Positions 10,263-21,095 are shown, counted from the first letter of the stretch. The stretch: 64,000 nt of DNA from an uncultured Chloroflexia bacterium (GCA_963810095.1 CAWEMM010000006.1:256001-320000); one strand, 5' to 3'. Program-made: numbers and translations. The notes: a model not told the origin generated them from the letters alone.

Positions 10263-11061
10263 TTAGCGCACGCCGCTCAATCCGGCTGCCAGGCCCCCGA
10301 CGACCATTGTCAGGAGAACCAGCGCCACCACGGTCAGAAGCAACACGACCGGTGCAAAGACGGCCACAAGCGCACGCCCCGCCGAAAGCCGGTGGCTCAC
10401 GCCGGTCGCCACTGCGTAAATCACGATCCCCCAGATCAGCGCCACCGTGCCCAGGATGGGACCCGCAACGGGAACTCCCGCAAAGATGTCCAGGACGTGG
10501 GGCACGGCGAAGAAGGCGGTCGCGCCGAAGAAGCCGTGCAGAGTGCCGCGACCGCCCAGCAGCTTCGCAGCCAGCATGACCCAGATCCCGTACCCCAACC
10601 ACGTGCCGAGTGCGGCGGCAGCCAGCGGTACGGGGCTGCTGGCGAAAGGCCGTGACAGCCAGTGGCCGAGCCCGATGAACGCGCGGGCTAGCGGTCGCGG
10701 GAGCGCGGTGGGCAGGCGGTCGATTTGGGCGGCGAGCGAGCCCACCATCGCCGCGTTACCCTCCGCCATCTGCACCGCCTGATCGATCATGGCCGGCGGG
10801 CAGCCCCGAGTTCTGCAGCCAGGGCCGCAGGATGTCAAGCGTGGCCGCCGTGCCCGGCTCAAGCTCGCTCGGTTCGACCGCCGCGGGATACTGGAAGCCG
10901 CGGACAATCTCGCCTGCGAGGACGGGCAGTCCGGCGACCAGCGCGACCGCGATCAGCACCGTGAACCCACGGAACATGGCGTCGCGGCGGTCGGCCACCC
11001 GGGCGAGGCTGGCGCCGCGGAGCAGAAGTGCATCGAGAAGATCACGAAGCCAGGCCCTCAT
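10263..11061 (-). CDS. Yip1-like membrane protein; frameshift near 10850
   Basis: Several TM segments, AKLLGGRGT...VSHRLSAGRA pattern; paralog of the adjacent gene. Confidence 0.7.
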
Positions 11062-11064
11062 CGC

Positions 11065-11781
11065 TCACCTCCCCGCAACCAGCGCGACGACCAATGCCAG
11101 CATCAGCCCCAGTGCTAGCGAGACGATGAGATAGACCAGGTAGGGCAGCAAGGTCGCCGCCAGCGAGCGACCCCACGGCAGCGCATGGGCCGAACGTACC
11201 GCCTTATAACGTAGGAGCAGCTGCCAGGTGTTGAGCACGCCCCCGATCACCAGGAACGGCACGATACTCAGACCATGGAAGAGGAATGGCGTAAAGGAAA
11301 GCGAGATCACGCCCAGCGAGCTGCGCAGTGAAGCCCGGCCGCCTAACCAGCGGGCAAAGCCGTGCGCCAGCAGCCCGTACACCAGCCAGCTCAGGAGCAG
11401 CCAGATTGGCCAGACGAGCAGGTTGAGCGCGGCACGGGCGGGGTCGGGCGCGCCAAACAACGACGGAAAGACCTGCCAGCCGGCATCCCAGATACGCTGG
11501 AACACCGCCAGCACCTGTGGGTTGCTGCCGATGGCAGGCCACCAGGGTTGTTGCTGAAGCCCGTTCAAGACAACGTCGCGGATCGCCGTCATCTGGGGCA
11601 CGCTGCCCCACGCCAAAACCTGGCCGACGAGCGCCAACACGGCTGAAATGAGGCCAATGAGCACAAGCAGGAACAGGGCCTCGACAATCGGGTCGTCGTC
11701 GTCGCGCAGTTCGTCGAAAGCTTCACTATCTAGGAAGAGCGCCCGGAACACCAGGGCGAGCGAAAGGGTACGATGGCCCAT
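11065..11781 (-). CDS. Yip1-like membrane protein
   Basis: ARWLGGRAS...AVRSAHALPWGRS with about 5 TM segments; RBS ggagg. Confidence 0.75.
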   Translation of the reverse strand: MGHRTLSLALVFRALFLDSEAFDELRDDDDPIVEALFLLVLIGLISAVLALVGQVLAWGSVPQMTAIRDVVLNGLQQQPWWPAIGSNPQVLAVFQRIWDAGWQVFPSLFGAPDPARAALNLLVWPIWLLLSWLVYGLLAHGFARWLGGRASLRSSLGVISLSFTPFLFHGLSIVPFLVIGGVLNTWQLLLRYKAVRSAHALPWGRSLAATLLPYLVYLIVSLALGLMLALVVALVAGR

Positions 11782-11920
11782 GCGCAGTTAACCTCCCTGT
11801 GGCGCCAGCCAGACACGTCAAAACCGCAGCGAGCGGTGCTCTGGAAGCTGACCGCCCGGTGCGGCAGTATAGCACAAACGAAACCGCCGGGCCAGCGTGT
11901 CAGCTGATCCGGCGGCCTGG

Positions 11921-12013
11921 AACCCCTACAGCGGAGTCCGCTGTAGGGGCACAGTCATAACGGGGCCGTCTTGCTCGCACCTTGCCCCTGGTCCCGCAAG
12001 GCGGCCCCGTTCT
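11921..12013. terminator. Two strong hairpins downstream of the DUF5666 gene (terminator or REP-like)
   Basis: cccctacagcgg-agt-ccgctgtagggg and aacggggccgtcttgc...gcaaggcggccccgtt. Confidence 0.5.
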
Positions 12014-12057
12014 AACTCAATTGTCTTTACCCGCGGCGTACGCCTCAGCAGCGCCGT

Positions 12058-13322
12058 CTAGGGACGCGGCGTGCGGCTCGGCATCGGGGGCGGCGTCACA
12101 GTGCCCAGGTTCGCGGGGCGAAGACGGTAATCCGGGCCGCGAGGACGCTGCCATCCGCCCGCTTGATCCCGCCGCCGGCAGCCCACGCCCCGACCTTGGG
12201 CGCAGCGCCGAACAACTGGGTCTTCTCGTCGACCACGACCTTCTGGTCGCCGATCAGCCACTCGCCCAGCTTGCCCTCGGCCGGAAGGGCCTTGACCTCA
12301 CCGCGGAAGGAAGCGAACTCGCCGCCCTCCTGCGGGCTCTCCAGCACGGTGACCTCGCTCGCGACGAACTGACCTGCCCACGGCCACGCGACCACATGCA
12401 CGGTCGCCCCGACCATCAGCAACCCCTTCTCCTGGTGGATGCGGGTGTTCGGCATGAGGACGACCTTGTAGGTCTCGGCCGGCTCGGTCGACTCGATCGT
12501 CAGCAGGCGCGGCATGCGCGCATCGAGCGTCGTGATGGCCGTCACCTTGCCCGTGATCTCGGTCGTGAGCGCCGTGCGATCCGTCCACGCCACACGCAGC
12601 ACGGTCGCCTGGAGCGTATTGTCCTCCTGCTGTTCCGCGGCCGCATGCGCGATCAGCCCGACAACCGGCTTACCCGAGATCAGGGTGCCGTCCTGTTTGC
12701 CAGCCGCGGATTCGGGCTTGATATTCAGCTTGATGCTGCTGATCACCCAGTAGGTATCGGCCACTTCCTGGATTTCGCCGGACACCGTAACCGCGTCCTG
12801 GTCGCCAATCGCCAGGATCTGCTGCGCAGTGAGAACGCCGGCGTCCTCGGTCATCACCGCTTCGACCCACTTCCCGACGGCAATATCGCCCGTCCGCGAG
12901 CTGACCTTGGTGTCGGCAGTTGCTTTCACCGTGACGCCCGCGATGACCCAATCACCTGCAGTGCCTTCAGCCGGCTTGGCCGAGAGAATACCGCGCAGGC
13001 GCACCTGTTCTTTCCGGACCGTAATCTGGCGGGCCTGAAGCGAGCCGTCCGCCAGCTTCTTGGCGGCTACATCGGCCCAGAGGCCGGGGGTAACTGGCTC
13101 GACGAAGCGGATGACCACGGTTGTAGCGTCAGTGGTGAGTGTCTGGCCGCCGATGACCCACGGCTGCGTGTCAGTTCCGACCGTCTCAACCACGCCGGTG
13201 AACCGGACGTCAAAGCCAAGTTCAAGGGCCGCCGCAGGCGCCGCAGGCGCCAGGATCATGGCTGCAAGGGCGAAGACCGCGACTGCAATCATGACAGTGC
13301 GCGAAAACTTCCTAGGTAACAT
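12058..13322 (-). CDS. Secreted repeat beta-barrel protein (DUF5666-like, about 5 repeats); probable frameshift near the 3' end
   Basis: Signal peptide (...APAAA-LE) and repeats of the form FxGxV...WxIxG...V...T...G..V.V.G...DG.L.A..I. Confidence 0.78.
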
Positions 13323-13571
13323 TCTGATTCCTCCAGTTATCACTGCTCTGCCAGTCGCCAGCAGCACCTGGTATCGTCCCAGTTGCGAGACGGGCCCGCC
13401 TGTGAGCACAGCATAGCTGTGTGAGCACAGCGTGCTGTGTGAACACAGCGTGACGCGTTTGCCTGGCGATCTGTCTTCCCGGCCCGCCTGAAACCGGGGT
13501 CCCCCGCGCCTCGCGAATCTCGCAGAAACGTCGGGAGTCGGAGCGTAAGTACTTCACCGCTCACGTGGCGA

Positions 13572-15140
13572 TCACCGAGTAACGGGTGGCGTTACCTCGG
13601 AGGTCGCGGTCGGTTGGATGGGGGTGGGTGTGGCAGGCGCTCCACCCGCATCACTTGGGGTCGGCGTATCAGTCCGCTGGCGCCGGGGCGTTTGAGTCGG
13701 CGCGGGCGTCGAGCCCTGCGTCGGTCGCACCGGGACCTCAACCGTCGCCGTCAGGGTCGCCCGGATGTCGGGCCGAGACGTAGCTGTAGGCGCGGGCGTG
13801 AACGTCGCCCAGATCACCGTCGCCGTCGGCACTCTTGTGAGGACCGGCCGCGGCGTCAAAGTCGGCACGACAAGCGTTGGCACAACCAGGGTCGGGGTGG
13901 GTGGCATCCACCAAACCGTCGGCGTGGGCGTGTCAAAGGAGGCCTGGCCCGGCGTAGCCGTCGGTACCTCGGGCGTGAACCACAGCGTCGGCAGCACCAC
14001 GATCGGCGTCGGCGGCACAGTCGGAATGACAGGCGTCACCGGCGGCATGGGCAGCGTCGGCCGTTGCCGCGGCGTGAGGATGGGCGGCACAACCGATAAG
14101 GTGGCACGCGGCCGCAGCGTTGCGTGCGGTCGGGGGGTGCCTTCCCCGATACCTGGTCCGCCCGGCGTCAATGTCATGCCGGCCGGCGGCGTCACGCTGA
14201 GACGCGGCCGCGGTCGGAGCGTTACGGTCGCTGCCGGCGTTTGCACAGCCCCCGTTGGAAGCGGAACGACGACGGGTGGTGCGACGGGCGTAGGCGTCTT
14301 TACTACGACGACGGTCGGCAGGACCACCGTTACGGCTGCACCCGGCCTTGGGGTCGAAGTTGCGACGGGTCGGGTCGCGCTTGGCAGTACCGTCGGGGTG
14401 CTAACGAGCCGGTTCACCTCGCCCGCCGGGCCGCCTGCCAACAGCTGCGCCCGAGACGCGGCCGTGCGCAGCAGTTCTGCCACTTCGGGATCGCCGGCCC
14501 GGGCTGCCAGCCGCAGGAGTGCTTCCGCATGGCCCGCGACGCGCGCTGCGACGCGCTCGCGCTCGGCTTCGCTGAGACCGGCCGCACGTTGCACGGCCGC
14601 TTCGTCGCTGCTCAGCAGCGCGGCAAGCGCAGCGTAACCGCGGTCTTGATGACGAGTAACATCTGAGAGGCGCCGGTCCGCAGCAGCTAACTCAGCTGCC
14701 GCCCGCCGCGCCGGGTTGGTCTGCACCAGGGCCGGTGCGCGTTCCACTGCCACTCGCACCGGATAGGCGAAGTCGCCGGGCTGACTGGCCGCGACGGTCG
14801 TGAAGGCCACGGTCACAAAGAGCAGAAGCGCCACCATTACCGCCAGCGGCGCCACCCGCAACCGCGCCCAACTCACGATGCCGAGCGCGTGCCTGCTGCG
14901 CTCGCGCTGTGCCCGTTGGACCGCCAACTCCTCACGCAGGGCGACCTTAGCACGCAGACGCTGTCCCTCGGTCAGGCGGGCCTGTGAGAACGCGGCGAGT
15001 TGCTCGGCGGCCGAAAGGATCGGCCCGAGTTCTTCCGCGGCCTCCGGGTAGAGAGCAAGGCAATCTGCGATGCTCTCCCCGCGGGCAAGCCGTTCCAGGC
15101 AGTCATCCGTAATTCTCGTCAGGTCCATGTGCGACTTCAT
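13572..15140 (-). CDS. Putative anti-sigma factor: TM helix, DUF5667-like domain, long Pro/Thr-rich tail
   Basis: DDCLERLARGESIADCLALYP N-terminus, TM helix, SQPGDFAYPVRVAVER; overlaps the sigma gene by 4 nt. Confidence 0.75.
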   Translation of the reverse strand: MKSHMDLTRITDDCLERLARGESIADCLALYPEAAEELGPILSAAEQLAAFSQARLTEGQRLRAKVALREELAVQRAQRERSRHALGIVSWARLRVAPLAVMVALLLFVTVAFTTVAASQPGDFAYPVRVAVERAPALVQTNPARRAAAELAAADRRLSDVTRHQDRGYAALAALLSSDEAAVQRAAGLSEAERERVAARVAGHAEALLRLAARAGDPEVAELLRTAASRAQLLAGGPAGEVNRLVSTPTVLPSATRPVATSTPRPGAAVTVVLPTVVVVKTPTPVAPPVVVPLPTGAVQTPAATVTLRPRPRLSVTPPAGMTLTPGGPGIGEGTPRPHATLRPRATLSVVPPILTPRQRPTLPMPPVTPVIPTVPPTPIVVLPTLWFTPEVPTATPGQASFDTPTPTVWWMPPTPTLVVPTLVVPTLTPRPVLTRVPTATVIWATFTPAPTATSRPDIRATLTATVEVPVRPTQGSTPAPTQTPRRQRTDTPTPSDAGGAPATPTPIQPTATSEVTPPVTR

Positions 15141-15802
15141 CGCCCAGATTCCGATTGGCCCTGGCCCCCGCCGGCCAGGTTCCCGACCGTCCGATTTGCA
15201 TCGGTCGAGTCTCCCGCAACGCCCAGCAGCCTACCCAAAGCCTGCAAGGCACGGTGCTGTAGTGACTTAACGGCGCCTTCCGATTTGCCCAGCCATGCCG
15301 CCACCTCTGCGTTGCTCATGTCTTCGCCAAACTTGGCGAGAATCACGAGGCGCTGTTCTTCGCTCAGGCCTTGCATCGCCCGCTGCAGTCGGGCGAACGT
15401 CTCCTTTTGCTCGGCCATGCGCTGCGGGCTGGGCTCGACGGCAGGTAAGCGCAAATCCTCAGTGAGGCTGACTTGCGGCGCGCGCTGGGCCTGCCGGTGA
15501 TGGTCCGTGATCAGGTTGGCGGCGATGCGATAGAGCCAGGCGCTGAAGGAAGCCGCCGGTCGCCGCTCGTTCAGCCGGAACGAACCCATGTGTCTGATCA
15601 CCCGAACAAACAACTCCGTGTTGAGATCTGAGGCCACCTCCGGGTCGCCGACCCGCGCCAGCATGTAGCGGTACAGCCGGTCGGCATAGAGATCATAGAG
15701 CGTTTCGACGGCAGCCGCCTCACCTCGCTGGCACTGGGGCAGCAACGAGATGATCTGCTCGTCGGTTATCGCTGGTTGCATGGCCATGCCCGATCTAATC
15801 AA
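15137..15802 (-). CDS. ECF RNA polymerase sigma-70 factor
   Basis: LYDLYADRLYRY, FSAWLYRIAANLITDHHR, LSEEQRLVILAKF...EVAAWLGKSEGAVKSLQHRAL. Start may be ATG 15788 or 15782. Confidence 0.93.
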   Translation of the reverse strand: MIRSGMAMQPAITDEQIISLLPQCQRGEAAAVETLYDLYADRLYRYMLARVGDPEVASDLNTELFVRVIRHMGSFRLNERRPAASFSAWLYRIAANLITDHHRQAQRAPQVSLTEDLRLPAVEPSPQRMAEQKETFARLQRAMQGLSEEQRLVILAKFGEDMSNAEVAAWLGKSEGAVKSLQHRALQALGRLLGVAGDSTDANRTVGNLAGGGQGQSESGR

Positions 15803-18485
15803 CGGAAGTTTTGTCCGGAAGGTTCGCGTTTATGCGTTGCGTTTTGTGATTTTTCGGCATCCCGGGCGATAGCCCAGGCCGCGGCTTCTTCGTCTTCCCG
15901 GCTGTGAAGCGATCCGTCCAGGCGGCCGGCGCGCAGACGCTCGAGCACCTGGCGATAAATCCGGCCGGGCGGCAGGCCCATTGCCCGCAAATCATTCCCC
16001 GTCAACACGGGCTGAACGTGCCGCCAGCGCCGTTGGTAGCTGTCTAGCCGCTGGCGCACCAACCAATCATCGGACGCCACGCGGAGCACAAGCCGGGCGG
16101 CTTCGCTGGATTCGTCGAGAATCGCGACGACGTCGCTGGGACGAGCGCCGTTCTGCTTTAGCTCGTCCACTTTCCGCATGAGGAGGCGAACTTCAAGGAC
16201 CAGGTCGCGATACGTTTTCCGCAGGTGGAGGCGGTCCAGCACCTCCATTGTAGCCTCTTGTGTCGACCCGTACAAAAGCAGTGCAAGGTAAAGGGGCGGC
16301 GTGTCGCTCGCACTGATGGACATCGGCGGCGGCGCGACGCTTGCCGGACTCGCGACGGCGGTCAGCGCGGTGCGCAACTCCCCGGACTTCTCCACAAACC
16401 ACGTGTCGCAGCGCAGCGCCGGGTGCAGCTTGCCCAGCACGCCCAGTTGATGTAGTCGGCAGAGCGCGCGCTCCGGCTCACTTTCCGCCAGGATCAACTC
16501 GAGCTCGTGCCTGATCCGCTCGGGACTCACGCGGTCGAGCAGGGCCAGCGCGTCCGCAATCAGCTCCTCGGTGCGCGACTCGATCGCGAACCCGAAGCGC
16601 TGCTCGAATCGCGCCGCACGGAGCATGCGAGTGGGGTCCTCCACGAAGCTCAAGCTGTGAAGCGCGCGGATGATTCCGTCGTCCAGGTCCTTGCGTCCGC
16701 CGTAGAAGTCCAGCAGCTCACCCCACCGGTCGGGGGTCAGGCGCACGGCGAGCGTGTTGATGGTGAAGTCGCGGCGGTGCAGGTCCTGCTTGATGCTGCT
16801 CCGTTCCACCGTCGGCAGCGCGGTCGGGTGTTCATAGAACTCGGTACGCGCCGTGACAAAATCGAGCGATTCGGGCAGGCCGGGAGCCTGCGCCAACAGC
16901 TCCTCCGGCAAAATCCACTTCGCAGTGCCGAACCGGCGGTGGCTGCGCAGACGGCCACCGACCCGGTGCACAAGCTCCTGAGTCAGGCGAATGCCGTCCC
17001 CTTCGACCACCAGGTCCACGTCGAAGTTAGGTTGATCGAGGAGCAGATCGCGCACGAAGCCGCCCACCGCGTAGAGCGGATAGCCCAGCTCGTGGGCGGC
17101 AGCGCCGGCCCGCTTCAGCAGATCCAACAAGGAAGCCGGCAAGGTTTCGGCCATAAGACCCGCGAGCGATTCGGCCTTGCGCACGGTGGGCGTGGCCCAC
17201 TGCTTGATCAGGTCGGTACGGGTGACGATGCCCAGGAGTGCGTCGGTGTCGGGGTCCAAGACCGGCACCTGGCCCCAATCGTGCTCCGTCATCACCCGGC
17301 GCAGCTCGCTCACCGGGTCGTCGGGTGTGACGAAGACTTCGCCGGGGCGCATGTAGCGACTCACGAGGTGCTTGTCCAAGCCGTGATGCAGCGCGCGGTC
17401 GATCTCCCTGCGGGTCAGCATGCCCACGATGCGCCCGTCTTCGACGACGGGGAAACCCTCGAACCCATAGCGGCGCATGCGTTCCGCCGCGACTGCGATC
17501 GTGTCGGAAGGCTCCAGCGTCTGGGGCGCGCCGTAAGACATGATCTGGCCGACCGTCACGCTCGGGCGGATCGCGCCTTGCAGGTGATAGACCAGGGATT
17601 CGTAGACGCCCCAAAGCGGCGTATCGCGGACCAGGGCAGCCGCGGCACGGTTGTGCCCGCCTCCGCCAAAGGCGGACGCAATTTTGCCTACGTCGACCGC
17701 TTCGCTGCTCGAGCGCGCGACCAACTGGATGTAGTCACGCATTTCGACCAAGATAAACAACGCATCAGGCTCGTACAGGTCACGGAGCTTATGGGTCAGC
17801 GTAGAAATCTCGTCGACCGGTTTGGCGACGCGCGCACTGGCAATAATGACCGAATGGCCGTTAAACTGGTAGGGCTGGCTGTTGTCGGCCAACTGCTGGA
17901 ACAAGTCACGCTGCTCGTCGGTCAGCGGGTGGTTGAGGAACTTGTCGACCACGAGCAGGTTGGCCCCGCGCTCGAGCAACCAGGCGGCCGCCCGCATATC
18001 GCGGGCCGTCGTCGTCTGGTACACCAGGCCGCCGGTATCTTCGTAGATCCCCAGTGTGAGCAGAGTCGCCTCGACCGGGGTCAGCGCGACGCCCTGCTCT
18101 GCGAGCCGCTCGACCAACAGAGTGGACGTGGCGCCGACGACCTCACCCGAGAAGGAGTAGTTCGAAGGCAGCTCGCGGCCGAGTGGGTGATGGTCGATGA
18201 TCTGGATCGACGTCGGAGGGCTCATCCCACGGATCGGTTGCACCGTCTGCGTGTCAACCAGGATCACGTTGTCGATGCGGCGCTTGGGCAGGTCGTCGAG
18301 CCGCACAAATGGCAGCATCTCGGCGTACTCGGCCAGGAACGCCTCCAGGTTGCGGTTCATCTGGCGCGGCAGGACGGGGTCGCGTGGGGGAAGAGCCGCG
18401 CCGCGGCCAGCATGCTGGCGAGCGCGTCAAAATCCGTGTGCTCGTGCGTCAGGATGACGCTGACGGGCTGATTGGGAACGGCCAT
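15799..18485 (-). CDS. tRNA nucleotidyltransferase/poly(A) polymerase family with N-terminal DHH-DHHA1 and 2 CBS domains; frameshift near 18380
   Basis: THEHTDFDALAS, IIDHH, GIYEDTG, GGGGHNRAA; CBS pair; VGGFVRDLLL, DVDLVV, DLHRRDFTINT, EDPTRMLRAARF. Confidence 0.92.
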
Positions 18486-18594
18486 TCGTTACATCCTGGA
18501 CCCCGGCGGCGCCGCCACCAGAGGTCAACCGCGGCACAAGACAAACGCCCGGCGCGGAGGCCGGGCGTTGGAAAAAACGGTTATAGGCGAAGGT

Positions 18595-18933
18595 CTAACG
18601 CCGGCGTTGAGCGCATTGACTGCACACGGTCGTGTGGCTTAGGACCGCGAGCCGTTCCGGTTCGATCGGCTTTCCACAACGTTCGCAAAGACCATAGATA
18701 CCCATCTTGAGCTGGGCCAGCGCCTCGTCGATCTCGGCCAGGTGTTGCTGGGCGCGCTCGCGCAGGGCCAGGTTGAACTCCCATTGATAGATCATGGGAT
18801 CACCCTCGCCCAATTCATAGTCGCCCTTGGTCTCGAGACGGCTATTAAGCTGTTCGAGATCTTGGAGCACCTCGGCGCGCTCGGCCTGCAGCCGCTCGCG
18901 CGCCTCGGCGATGGGATCTGGATTCTCGCTCAT
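18595..18933 (-). CDS. TraR/DksA C4-type zinc finger protein
   Basis: Coiled coil plus IDEALAQLKMGIYGLCERCGKPIEPERL...CSQCA. Confidence 0.88.
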   Translation of the reverse strand: MSENPDPIAEARERLQAERAEVLQDLEQLNSRLETKGDYELGEGDPMIYQWEFNLALRERAQQHLAEIDEALAQLKMGIYGLCERCGKPIEPERLAVLSHTTVCSQCAQRRR

Positions 18934-19039
18934 GTCTTCGTTTGCAGGTGCGGGTGCGCCGCACAAAGGCGACCCGCCCGCACCTGCTTCATGGACCGTG
19001 GTTGCACGGACGAAAGGTGACTGGAGGTCGAACTCAGCC

Positions 19040-20756
19040 TTACGCCGTCGCGTCCTCGTCGACCGCAGCCGCATCATCCTCAGGAGTCTCGGTCTCCGCT
19101 GGTGCTTCCTCGACCGCGTCGAGCGGCAGTCCGGATTCCTCGCCGCTCAGGGACTTCGGCTCGCCCGGCTCTTCTTCGGCAGTCAGTTCTTCGGCGACTT
19201 CGGCCTCGGGCTCGACAACCGCTGCGGGTTCTTCGACCGCTTCGGCCTCAGGCTCGACAACCGCTGCAAGCTCTTCGACTGCTTCGGCCTCGGGCTCGAC
19301 AACCTCTGCGGGCTCTTCGACCGCTTCGGCTTCAGGCTCGACAACCGCTGCGGGCTCCTGCGACCGCTTCGGCCTCGGGCTCGACAACCGCTGCGGGTTC
19401 TTCGACCGCTTCGGCCTCGGGCTCGACGTCGAACTCCTCTTCAGACGCGGGCGGCGCCTCGAAGACCTCAGTCTCGTCGAGGGCAAGCTCGTCGCCGACC
19501 ATGGCGAACTGATCCATCTCGGACTGCCCTTCAGGGGCAGCTTCCTGCGCCTGGGCGGCTGCTTCCGCCTCGGCGGCCTCAGCCTCGGCAGCCGCGGCCG
19601 CGTGCTTCTCCCGGTAGCTGGCGGCCCATTCGGACCACTCGCTCTCAGAGACGGCGCGCAGGCTCAGGCCGATGCGGCGGCGGTCCGGCTCGATGCGCAG
19701 CACGCGCAGGAGGAGCAGGTCGCCCGGCGAGACGAGGCTCTGCGGATGGTCCGGCCGGATGTCGGCCATCTCGGAAACATGGAGCAGGCCTTCGACGCCG
19801 CTGCGCAGGCGGACAAACGCGCCGAAATCGGTCACGCGGGTCACCACGGCCTCAACCAGCTGATTGGGCGTGTACAGCTCGTCGATGTGGCTCCACGGGT
19901 CGGGCTGGACGCGCTTGAGGCTCAGGCCGACGCGTTCGCGCTGCTTGTCGATCCGCAGCACCTTGACCTCGACCACCTGGCCGACCTTGAGCACCTCGCT
20001 CGGGTGCGCCACCGGGAACCAGGCCAGCTCGGAGATGTGCACCAGGCCGTCTGCCCCGCCGAGGTCGACGAACGCGCCGAACTCGGAAAGGCTGCGCACC
20101 GTGCCCTCACGCACCTCGCCCACCTGGATCTCGTCCAGGAGTTGCTTGCGGTGCTCGCGCTGCCAGCGGCGGCGGGCCGCCCGCTCCGACATGATCAGGC
20201 GGCGGCGCTTGCGGTCAACCTCGACGACCTTGACCGGGATGGTCTTGCCGACGAAGGTGGCCAGGTGCGCCTTGCGCTCTTCCGGCGACATCTCGCGCGG
20301 GAGCGAGGAGAGGTGCGACGCCGGGACAAAGCCGCGGAGCTTGCCAAATTCGACTTCGAGGCCGCCGGCATTGTGGCCGGTGACCCGGGCCTCGAACATC
20401 TCATTGGCTTCCATCTTCTCCTGTGCGACCAGCCAATCCTTCTCCTGGAGCGCACGAGACAGCGAGACGATGAGGTTGCCTTCCCGGTCCGAGGGCTGCA
20501 GGATGTACACCGGCCAGGACGTACCTTCCTGAACTTCCGCCAGCGTGGCCTTGTCCAACCGCGAAAGGTCGTTGGCCGGTACGATGGCTTCTCGCTTCAG
20601 GCCCAGGTCGATGACGACTTCCTGGGGACTGACCGAGATGACCGTGCCCTCGCGAATGTCGCCTCGCTGCGGCATGTCATACCCGCCCTGATCGAGCAGG
20701 GCCTGCATCGGGTGGACTTCCGCCGGCGGCTTGGTCGGTGGTAAAGACGTAGACAT
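19040..20756 (-). CDS. rpsA: 30S ribosomal protein S1 (4 S1 domains) with acidic repeat C-tail; frameshift at about 19360
   Basis: Four S1 repeats (GFVPASHL, FGAFVDLGGADGLVHISELAW, FGAFVRLRSGVEGLLHVSEM); RBS ggagg before ATG 20756. Confidence 0.9.
19211..19421 (-). repeat. Five tandem 42-bp coding repeats (PEAEAVEEPAAVVE)
   Basis: Unit ctcgacaaccgctgcgggttcttcgaccgcttcggcctcggg; one copy is 43 nt and causes the frameshift. Confidence 0.9.
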
Positions 20757-20849
20757 GAAAGGAACCTCCGAAACGCTGGATAAGTTATGCGCACTCTCGA
20801 ACCCGGACGCTAGGCGAAGCCCCGCTTCGCACGCATGCAATGTTCGAGC

Positions 20850-21060
20850 CGACAAAAAAACTCCGACTGGTTCACCGAGCCTGCGCATCCACGGTGCAGT
20901 TCAGACCTGGTGCGCGTGGCGGCCCAGCCGGACTTCGCCCCTTGTCGATGACCCTGAGCGTCGCGCCAGAGACGTCAATCTAGCGCGATGAAAGGCGCGA
21001 GCGGCACCCCCGACTCGAGGGTGCTTTCCCGCGCCATAATCACTTGCCTGCGCTGGCGAA
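20850..21060 (-). ncRNA. Candidate structured RNA or cis-regulatory leader upstream of rpsA (family unassigned)
   Basis: Follows a consensus promoter; hairpins at 20994-21035 and 20961-20988; ends in a weak hairpin plus U7 (20854-20860). Confidence 0.5.
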
Positions 21061-21065
21061 GACCT

Positions 21066-21095
21066 ATTATAAACGATAGGCCGAAGGCGTGTCAA
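21066..21095 (-). promoter_or_regulatory. Consensus sigma-70/A promoter for the rpsA leader
   Basis: Minus strand TTGACA (21095-21090), N18, TATAAT (21071-21066). Confidence 0.8.

Noticed and set aside
13572-14420. Pro/Thr-rich low-complexity DNA as a repeat element
   Set aside because: Explained by the coding tail of the anti-sigma factor; no discrete DNA repeat unit.
16507-18471. Long antisense ORFs (also 23195-24946, 26390-28243, 43924-45657, 54268-55653)
   Set aside because: Shadow or alternative-frame ORFs expected at high GC, overlapping well-supported genes and lacking family motifs.
19211-19421. Regular 42-bp repeats resembling a CRISPR array
   Set aside because: Contiguous tandem units with no unique spacers, synonymous variation in frame within rpsA, and no cas genes.
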